20,000 nt of DNA, taken from an uncultured virus (IMG/VR IMGVR_UViG_2875450446_000004) (Duplodnaviria; Heunggongvirae; Uroviricota; Caudoviricetes). This document shows positions 1-5,876 of this stretch, one piece after another; positions within the stretch are counted from its first letter, which is position 1; each line of letters starts with the position of its first letter. The stretch lies in IMG/VR virus record IMGVR_UViG_2875450446_000004, one strand, 5' to 3'. The notes beneath the pieces were generated by a model that had not been told where the DNA came from, did no database searches, and was given only the letters and a program-made list of their open reading frames with translations. A program made the translations under genes and the position numbers.

Positions 1-716
1 GGAACCGCCGAATCATCGTCTTCTGTAATTTTGACGATATCCCCTCGGCCACAGTAGCCGTTCCGTGCAGTACCGACCACCTTCGCATAATCACCGACTT
101 TCAGGCGTTCAGGCTTCGGCTCGGCGGCGCTGACTTTGCGGTAGACTTCGAACCTTTTTCCGCATGTATCGTAGCTATCGCCATCATCATCGTAGATTTG
201 TGGATCTCCACAACCATCTACGCGATATATTTCGTAATATTTATCCGAAGTAAGGTATGAGCTGGTTGCATTAGGAAACTTAACGAAATCGCCCGCCTTC
301 GCCTCGCTCTTGTCAATCCGTACGTACTTCGGTACAGCTTCGACTTTTAGCGCAGCAACGTCGGATTTTAGGGATTCGATATCCTTTTCGTTCGTGCTAA
401 TGCGATCTTCTAATGACGATTGAGATGCGGCGACTTTTCGGAAGAGTATGCTATCCCCGTCTGTTACGGCGTTTCCGTGAAAGTCGTCTATTTCATCTCG
501 GACAGATAACAGCGAAGTACCCTCGTCGCGTACTAGTAGGTAAAATCCGCCTAATTTAAGATCCGGATGCCTATGTCCGTTAAGTACCAAATCTCCGGAT
601 TTTCCGACACTTCTCGGAGTTCCTTCCACACGCTCATATTCCGCACCATCATACGCAACCTTCGTAATTTCACCGTTCACCTTATCGAGTGTCTTAACGC
701 CGTGTAATTTCGCCAT
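1..716 (-). CDS. Hypothetical phage protein, partial (runs off the window), with repeated K.GD..K/V beta-rich modules
   Basis: Not in the ORF track. ATG at 716 with AGGAGGA RBS; open frame MAKLHGVKTLDKVNGEITKVAYDGAEYERV...EAKAGDFVKF...RLKVGDYAKVV... to position 1. Confidence 0.8.
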   Translation of the reverse strand, partial: MAKLHGVKTLDKVNGEITKVAYDGAEYERVEGTPRSVGKSGDLVLNGHRHPDLKLGGFYLLVRDEGTSLLSVRDEIDDFHGNAVTDGDSILFRKVAASQSSLEDRISTNEKDIESLKSDVAALKVEAVPKYVRIDKSEAKAGDFVKFPNATSSYLTSDKYYEIYRVDGCGDPQIYDDDGDSYDTCGKRFEVYRKVSAAEPKPERLKVGDYAKVVGTARNGYCGRGDIVKITEDDDSAV

Positions 717-756
717 CGAATCGTCCTCCTTTTATTGACCGTCCGACCCGGTAAGG

Positions 757-1188
757 TCAAACCGCCTCCGCTTCGTTATTTTCCGCAAAATCTTCACGCA
801 TGAAATTCAGATCCATTTCGACCCAGCGCTTGCCTTCCCGATCCGACGGCCCCCAATAGTCGGTAATGCCGCGGTTGTCGAACATCCAGACGCGAGGGAA
901 TTCTCCCTCACCGATCAGCACGCCGATGAAGAAGTCGACGTCTTCTGGCGTATATGGCCGGCCGTCTCCTTTTCGGCCTTCTACCGTTAAGAAACCACGA
1001 TCTTCTCTACGGTCCCGGATCGTCTTAACCTGGAACGTCTTCCATTCGCCTGTGCCCGGATCTCTTGCGCTGATATCGAACGGTTCTTCCGTCTCCGCTT
1101 TTGATACCGCCTGCCACCCGCTAGCCATTAAAGCTGCGCGGGCGATCAGTTCGGAATATTTGCCGATAGTTTCCTTGAGATGCGCCAT
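757..1188 (-). CDS. PD-(D/E)xK-family endonuclease, possibly a Holliday junction resolvase
   Basis: Motifs G..SE...(GW), PFD and FQVKT match the E..PD..(Q/E)xK pattern. ATG at 1188 is coupled to the upstream stop (TGATG), with GGAGG 7 nt upstream. Confidence 0.7.
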   Translation of the reverse strand: MAHLKETIGKYSELIARAALMASGWQAVSKAETEEPFDISARDPGTGEWKTFQVKTIRDRREDRGFLTVEGRKGDGRPYTPEDVDFFIGVLIGEGEFPRVWMFDNRGITDYWGPSDREGKRWVEMDLNFMREDFAENNEAEAV

Positions 1189-1343
1189 CACTCCGCCTCC
1201 AATAACTTGTATAGTCTAGCCGTCTCTAAAAGCAACACGCCGCATGATACGTTTAAAATTCCGACTGCAATATCTCCGTAAAGCATTCTACCGACTGCTA
1301 AACAGAAAAATATAATCGCGAGAACAATTCGAGTTTGATACAT
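1188..1343 (-). CDS. Small 51-aa membrane protein (two hydrophobic segments)
   Basis: AAGGAGGA RBS, ATG at 1343; MYQTRIVLAIIFFCLAVGRMLYGDIAVGILNVSCGVLLLETARLYKLLEAE; stop overlaps the next start. Confidence 0.75.
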   Translation of the reverse strand: MYQTRIVLAIIFFCLAVGRMLYGDIAVGILNVSCGVLLLETARLYKLLEAE

Positions 1344-1365
1344 TCAATCGTCCTCCTTCGTTTTA

Positions 1366-2142
1366 TTAAAACGGCAGATCATCGTCACTGATTTCGTTAG
1401 ATTTTTCGTTATTAGATTCCGCACCAAGCGACAGACCGATCAAGCTAATATCGAATCCTGCTGCGACTAGGTTTTCGATCTGCGTCTTCTCGTCAGCTTC
1501 GAACAGTAGGCCGTCGAACAACTTCATATCGAATTCTTTGCCGTCGTATTTGCTGAAGTTCTCGCGTTCCTTATCCGTCAGGTCTTCCTCCATATCGATG
1601 AATGGCGTTAAGCTGACCGTCGTTGATGTGCCGGAACCTGTTTTCGAAAGCTCAAACGCAACCTTTCCGAGTTTCTTTTCGAACTTCGTGATAACTGCGT
1701 AAACGGCCTGCGCTTGCTTTTTCGAAAGGTCGATGATGATTGGATTACCTGTTTCTAAGTCGATGAATCCGAGTGCATAACGTTCTTTGACGCGATACTT
1801 GGCGGCTTCTTCCTTGTACTTCTCTTCCGCTTTTGAGTCGCCCTTATCCGCAGCCGCCTTCTTTAAATCCTGATAATACTTCCAAGCGAGGTCCCACGGT
1901 GTGTAATCCGCAACCGGAAAGCCTTTATCGTTCATCTTGCTTGGTTTCTCCGCAACGAACGAGTTTACTTTCTTGTAGATACCGTAGCTGTAGAAACGAA
2001 TAAGGTCTTCGGTACCGAGTACGCGAACCTTAAAGGAAGATCCCGACTTAAAGCTCGTAAATTCCATCCCGTTTCCGCTTCCGCCTTCGTTCGTTGAGTT
2101 TAAAGCGTTGAGCGCCGCCGCGCCTTTTTGAAATTGACTCAT
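1366..2142 (-). CDS. ssb: Phage single-stranded DNA-binding protein (gp32-like)
   Basis: Acidic C-terminal tail ISDDDLPF typical of SSBs; 258 aa; lies among DNA metabolism genes; AGGGGG RBS. Confidence 0.75.
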   Translation of the reverse strand: MSQFQKGAAALNALNSTNEGGSGNGMEFTSFKSGSSFKVRVLGTEDLIRFYSYGIYKKVNSFVAEKPSKMNDKGFPVADYTPWDLAWKYYQDLKKAAADKGDSKAEEKYKEEAAKYRVKERYALGFIDLETGNPIIIDLSKKQAQAVYAVITKFEKKLGKVAFELSKTGSGTSTTVSLTPFIDMEEDLTDKERENFSKYDGKEFDMKLFDGLLFEADEKTQIENLVAAGFDISLIGLSLGAESNNEKSNEISDDDLPF

Positions 2143-2302
2143 TCGATTTCCCCCTACGTTTTAATTTTGAGGCTTTTCGCCCTCGCAAAATGCCGGTACC
2201 TGCGTCCGAAACGCCGCCAGCGCTAAGCCGTAGCGACGCGACTCTGTTACTTAACGGCCACCCCGACATTCTCCGAGCGCCGGGCCGCAATGTCCGCCGC
2301 CC

Positions 2303-2398
2303 TCATTCGCCTTCTTCGCGATTAACTTCGTAAATAAGTCCGCCAATGACAAGCGCTGCAATCACCGCAAATATTTCGAATATCCATGCGTTAGACAT
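2303..2398 (-). CDS. Small 31-aa single-pass membrane peptide
   Basis: GAGAGGAG RBS; MSNAWIFEIFAVIAALVIGGLIYEVNREEGE; start overlaps the end of the upstream ORF. Confidence 0.6.
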   Translation of the reverse strand: MSNAWIFEIFAVIAALVIGGLIYEVNREEGE

Positions 2399-2915
2399 AG
2401 GCGGCGACTCCTCTCGCTGTACGCGTCAGTTCGCGTCTTATTTCGTGCGATTCCGTCGGTAATTCGTCCATACGCATACGCACCGCATTAATTCGGGCCT
2501 GCAACGCCAATTTAGTCGATAATGACCGGGCGCGAGACAAACGGTCTTCTAAATATCCGATCTCTTCTTCGAGTTCATCGCGAAACTTATCGATCCTAGC
2601 CACCTCTTCCGTAATTTGTTGCGACATTTTCGTAATTTCTTCCGTAATGAAATTCGTCACTTTACGCCGAATACGATTGATGCAGCCTTTATTCGGTGGG
2701 ATCACGGTCTTAACAACGTCTGCATCTACCGCAAGCATGAACGTTGCTCCACGATGGGAATAAATCCGAGCATCTTCTCCATTGTCGTCCGGACCGATGC
2801 CGCAGTAAATCGCATTAGATAACATCTGAGACGCCCATGCTTCCGGCGTTTGCTTGCCGATCTTAAACCGTTGGGTAATTCGTTTCTTCGCGTGGTGGGA
2901 TAACGTCGCTTTCAT
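2391..2915 (-). CDS. Hypothetical protein: N-terminal HAxxRxxQR (DUF4258/RelE-like fold) domain plus C-terminal coiled coil
   Basis: Probable start is ATG 2915 (ATGA overlap with the upstream 50-aa ORF), not 2981. LSHHAKKRITQRF...VVKTV; heptad-rich C-terminal half. Confidence 0.6.
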   Translation of the reverse strand: MKATLSHHAKKRITQRFKIGKQTPEAWASQMLSNAIYCGIGPDDNGEDARIYSHRGATFMLAVDADVVKTVIPPNKGCINRIRRKVTNFITEEITKMSQQITEEVARIDKFRDELEEEIGYLEDRLSRARSLSTKLALQARINAVRMRMDELPTESHEIRRELTRTARGVAAYV

Positions 2916-3064
2916 CCGACCCTCACCGCCTGGATCGAAAGTGGACGGTAGTAGTCCGCCGGATCTTCGTCGGCTGGCCATGCGCCTTGATATAAAATTT
3001 CGGTTAGTTTGCGCGGATCTAGCGCAGGATACGTATTGGAATCGGTAATTTTGGGGATATTCAT
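2912..3064 (-). CDS. Small 50-aa hypothetical phage protein
   Basis: GGAGG RBS, ATG at 3064; MNIPKITDSNTYPALDPRKLTEILYQGAWPADEDPADYYRPLSIQAVRVG; ATGA coupling to the next gene. Confidence 0.7.
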   Translation of the reverse strand: MNIPKITDSNTYPALDPRKLTEILYQGAWPADEDPADYYRPLSIQAVRVG

Positions 3065-3133
3065 AGTACGTTCGCCTCCATATTATTTAGGTAAAACGCA
3101 CTAGATCGGAAGGTGTGTTCGCATTCTGTTCGC

Positions 3134-3162
3134 TTGTCTTTTGACAACAGATTGTATATGAT
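3134..3162 (+). promoter_or_regulatory. SigA-type promoter firing antisense into the 3' end of the sigma factor gene
   Basis: TTGTCT (3134-3139), 17 bp, TATGAT (3157-3162). Confidence 0.55.
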
Positions 3163-3200
3163 GAGGGTGTAGCGATGCCTTCCGGGCTAGTTACGCTAAG

Positions 3201-3815
3201 TTATTTCGCAAACAAATAGTCTCGGTAATCACCGAACTGTTGAGTATCGAAGTAGCCTGCCAGCTTTTCGAGTTTGCGAATGACTGTCATGTGATGGACG
3301 CCTAACTTCTTACCGATTGCCGTCGGCGTTGGGCGTTCACACGCTAGGAACGTCTCAACAATTACTTTTGTTGTTTCGTCCGATTTTTCAACCAAATTGT
3401 CGATCAGTTGCCGCTGATCGGCTCTTTTTTTTCTGAAAAATAAATTCTCTGGTGTATCTTCTGCGACGACTCTCAGCGTTGCCGCGCCTTCATCGCCATT
3501 CGAAGATAACCCACACTCTAACACTTCATTCTGATGCCTTTTCTTTTTATTCCTATAAAGATTCGCTCGTTTATTTTTTAGACTGAACTTAAAATAGTTT
3601 TCGAAGTCATGTTCACCGGAATAAGAAGCAACACAATTCATAAGGACATCCTCGTATAATGCTAACACCTCCGGAACGCTAGCCCTCAACGATCGCGCCA
3701 CCTCTTCAAATGTCGATCGCATCGGAGTGATGGTTAGGTCATAAATCTCTGTGAAGGAATTATTACTTCTTGTCTTTTGATAATTCAATACCAGGCTATT
3801 CAGTTTTTCTTTCAA
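3201..3815 (-). CDS. Phage-encoded alternative sigma-70-family factor (SigH/ComX/Xpf-like)
   Basis: Region-2-like FENYFKFSLKNKRANLYR, linker DTPENLFF, C-terminal HTH TPTAIGKKLGVHHMTVIRKLEKL; 204 aa; AAGGAGGGTG RBS with TTG start. Confidence 0.75.
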   Translation of the reverse strand: MKEKLNSLVLNYQKTRSNNSFTEIYDLTITPMRSTFEEVARSLRASVPEVLALYEDVLMNCVASYSGEHDFENYFKFSLKNKRANLYRNKKKRHQNEVLECGLSSNGDEGAATLRVVAEDTPENLFFRKKRADQRQLIDNLVEKSDETTKVIVETFLACERPTPTAIGKKLGVHHMTVIRKLEKLAGYFDTQQFGDYRDYLFAK

Positions 3816-3842
3816 AAACTTTCACCCTCCTTTTTTCACTTA

Positions 3843-3872
3843 ATAATACCCGCGACATTTTAAAGCCGCACA
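3843..3872 (-). promoter_or_regulatory. 30-bp box, copy 1 (TGTGCG-N15-GGGTATTAT); putative phage-sigma promoter
   Basis: 28/30 identical to 15225-15254; about 10 nt upstream of the sigma gene RBS, same orientation. Confidence 0.6.
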
Positions 3873-3913
3873 TAATTTCTTAATTTTTTTCTAAGTTTTT
3901 CTTCTGTAAAGAA

Positions 3914-3981
3914 ATAATAACATGTAATTTGGATAATTCTTCTCTATCACACTATGTTTCCGAAAAATAATTTAATGTAAT
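3914..3981 (-). promoter_or_regulatory. Candidate AimR-activated promoter: extended -10, no -35, imperfect widely spaced inverted repeat
   Basis: Minus-strand TGnTATTAT at 3914-3922; the -35 position reads GAAGAA; ATCACA (3946-3951)-N24-TGTAAT (3976-3981) lies just upstream. Confidence 0.35.
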
Positions 3982-3991
3982 GAATATTCGC

Positions 3992-4021
3992 AAATAAAAG
4001 AAAATCCCGTCGAATGACGGG
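3992..4021 (-). terminator. Intrinsic terminator of aimR-aimP
   Basis: Minus-strand stem CCCGTC-ATTC-GACGGG (4006-4021) followed by ATTTTCTTTTATTT. Confidence 0.75.
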
Positions 4022-4035
4022 CTAAAAAAGAAAAA

Positions 4036-4158
4036 TCAACCACCTGGGACTGGGTCTGCTAACTGTGTTGTATTATCTTCTGTCACATTATTAATTAACG
4101 AACTTCCCGCTAGCAGAACCACCGCTGTAAATAAAACTGCCAATAAAATCTTTTTCAA
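4036..4158 (-). CDS. aimP: Arbitrium propeptide AimP (40 aa); predicted mature peptide DPVPGG
   Basis: GGGAGAGGA RBS, TTG start; MKKILLAVLFTAVVLLAGSSLINNVTEDNTTQLADPVPGG = Sec signal peptide, polar linker, QLA cleavage-like site, C-terminal hexapeptide; overlaps the aimR 3' end. Confidence 0.88.
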   Translation of the reverse strand: MKKILLAVLFTAVVLLAGSSLINNVTEDNTTQLADPVPGG

Positions 4159-5269
4159 AATATTCCTCTCCCTTGTAATTTAATTGGATGTCCTTTATAG
4201 GGGCAGCGACGAGAGGGTCTAATCCGGCATCGATCATATCACCCACAACGATGCTTGAAAACAGGAAGTTGAATTCTTGTGTGAATGTACTATACGCGCA
4301 GGCCAGATCTGATAAGGTCCCATCCTTGATCAATTGGAAGTACCGCAGAAATAGATTTTTTTCGCCTAGTATCATGTCTTTCGGTGTTGGTAAATTTTGA
4401 GGAATCTCCCCTTTCTCTTTATACGAATAAAATCCCTCGACTAACTTCAATGTGTTTTTTGCTTCCGCAGCAATCCTCAAATCGTTTGTCTTTTTTGCCT
4501 CATCAGCGCTCATCCTTATATAGCGAAGACACTCTTTCTTATCTTCCTCTATAAAAGAAACACCCATGTAATAATACCCGTCAGATTTCGTTTTCGCACT
4601 TAAATTCGAAGAAAAAAGAAATTCTGCATGACGTCGCGCTTTTGAAAGATCTTTAAGATATAAATAAGCAGGCGCAAATACTTCGGAGAGTCTGATAAGA
4701 TAACACTCTTTAAAAAACGTTTTCCTTGCGTCACTTAATTCGTATATCTCTTTTTCGATATCGGAAGCTTTTTCAACGATTGTTGCATATTTATTTTCAA
4801 AATAAAGACAGTAGCAAGAAAAGATATCTTTCAAAACCTTTAATTCTTTATCCTTTCCGCATTTTAAAGTGTTCACATAATTCCTCAACTCTTGTGGTCT
4901 GAATTCCCCTAACATGTAGTTATATATTACCTGATAAAATTGTGTATAATTGATTAGGTTGGAATCCATTCTATGCGCTTTCAGCAATTTTTCTAACAAA
5001 GGAATATCACGCTTTATTGCCGCATACTCAAAAGCATGTTTAATAGCCTCAGTTGTAGTTAGTTTCAAACACCATTCTTGCATTAATTCATGATACTTCG
5101 CTTTATAGAAAAATTGTGACAATTTTAATAATGTTCGAAATCCGATTTTCCCAGTTCTTTTGAAATTGTAAAGCTGATTCACATGAATATTTAATTTACT
5201 TGCAGCTGAATCAAAATCCAAAAACAAATCGTCGAAACAGTTTAAAACATCTTGCTGAAGTGCGCCCAA
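4091..5269 (-). CDS. aimR: Arbitrium receptor AimR (RRNPP family: HTH plus TPR)
   Basis: 392 aa; N-terminal HTH; YHELMQEWCLKL...AIKHAFEYAA resembles the YELMKDYCLNL...ARSALEYAD segment I recall from SPbeta-group AimR; helical TPR-like body; propeptide gene immediately downstream. Confidence 0.88.
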   Translation of the reverse strand: MGALQQDVLNCFDDLFLDFDSAASKLNIHVNQLYNFKRTGKIGFRTLLKLSQFFYKAKYHELMQEWCLKLTTTEAIKHAFEYAAIKRDIPLLEKLLKAHRMDSNLINYTQFYQVIYNYMLGEFRPQELRNYVNTLKCGKDKELKVLKDIFSCYCLYFENKYATIVEKASDIEKEIYELSDARKTFFKECYLIRLSEVFAPAYLYLKDLSKARRHAEFLFSSNLSAKTKSDGYYYMGVSFIEEDKKECLRYIRMSADEAKKTNDLRIAAEAKNTLKLVEGFYSYKEKGEIPQNLPTPKDMILGEKNLFLRYFQLIKDGTLSDLACAYSTFTQEFNFLFSSIVVGDMIDAGLDPLVAAPIKDIQLNYKGEEYFEKDFIGSFIYSGGSASGKFVN

Positions 5270-5292
5270 ATTTAACCCCCCTCTATTTTTAA

Positions 5293-5321
5293 TTGCGCTC
5301 GTTTATATTTCTAAGTATAAT
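5293..5321 (+). promoter_or_regulatory. SigA promoter of the Xre/Cro gene pair
   Basis: TTGCGC (5293-5298), 17 bp, TATAAT (5316-5321). Confidence 0.75.
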
Positions 5322-5325
5322 ACAT

Positions 5326-5345
5326 ATGTGTACTTTTGTACACAT
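5326..5345. promoter_or_regulatory. Palindromic operator between the divergent aimR and HTH genes
   Basis: Perfect ATGTGTAC-TTTT-GTACACAT over the predicted transcription start. Confidence 0.65.
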
Positions 5346-5377
5346 TATTATTCAAAAAATTTGGAAGGAAGATAATT

Positions 5378-5575
5378 ATGATTGATTATTCTCCATTATT
5401 TAAATGTCTTAATGAAAAAGAAATAGCTTTGAGTCATTTCCGTGAAAAAGGACTAAATTCTAAAACGCAGGCTCGTATAAATAAGGGACAAGCTGTAAGT
5501 CTCTCGACAATTGAGTTTTTGTGCAAGGAATTAGACGTTCCGATCGAATGTGTCGTTAGGATCATAAGGGACTAG
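5378..5575 (+). CDS. Small Cro/C1-type HTH regulator (65 aa)
   Basis: MIDYSPL...SKTQARINKGQAVSLSTIEFLCKELDVPIECVV is a typical Cro/C1 HTH; ATG 5378 follows GGAAGGAAG. Confidence 0.85.
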   Translation: MIDYSPLFKCLNEKEIALSHFREKGLNSKTQARINKGQAVSLSTIEFLCKELDVPIECVVRIIRD

Positions 5576-5636
5576 CTAACCTAGCGAGATATTATCGTCT
5601 AGTGTAAAATAGTACGGACACCTTTAATGATGGGAG

Positions 5637-5876
5637 GTGTTTGTTACGTTTAAGGTCGGCAAATGCCGGATACCCGAACTTTGCCATAAACGCGGTATTG
5701 ATCAGACTCAACTCGCAGCTAAAGTCGGTTTAACAAAACAGCACATAACGGACTACGTAAGCCTCCGCAACATTCCAAGCATCGAGCGAGCTTATAATAT
5801 CGCTCATGTACTTGGTTGTGTTCCTGAAGATCTTTACGAATGGTCCGAGGTATCCGGCAATAACACGGAGGGTTAA
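5637..5876 (+). CDS. Xre-family HTH regulator (start codon uncertain)
   Basis: RGIDQTQLAAKVGLTKQHITDYVSLRNIPSIERAYNIAHVLGCVPEDLY is a canonical Xre HTH. Confidence 0.85.
   Translation: MFVTFKVGKCRIPELCHKRGIDQTQLAAKVGLTKQHITDYVSLRNIPSIERAYNIAHVLGCVPEDLYEWSEVSGNNTEG

Noticed and set aside
2190..2262. Pistol ribozyme (AGCGCUG...UUCG...CAGGU resembles its 3' half)
   Set aside because: No convincing P1 stem, conserved AAAUA linker or P2 pairing; kept only as a generic structured leader.
2048..2290. 80-aa Arg-rich ORF
   Set aside because: TTG start without an RBS, out-of-frame overlap with ssb and low-complexity composition; better explained as a leader.
2303..2398. Type I toxin-antitoxin locus
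   Set aside because: The peptide is translationally coupled inside an operon, has an acidic tail, and no convergent antitoxin promoter or terminator is visible.
3843..3872. 30-bp box as a host SigB promoter (GGGTAT -10)
   Set aside because: GTTT is only 11 nt from GGGTAT in one copy (about 14 expected) and reads GCTT in the other, while TGTGCG is conserved in both.
4091..5269. Rap phosphatase / Phr instead of AimR / AimP
   Set aside because: The N-terminus is HTH-like rather than a Rap three-helix bundle, the ELM..WCL..A.EYA segment is AimR-like, and the peptide lacks the basic second residue of Phr pentapeptides.
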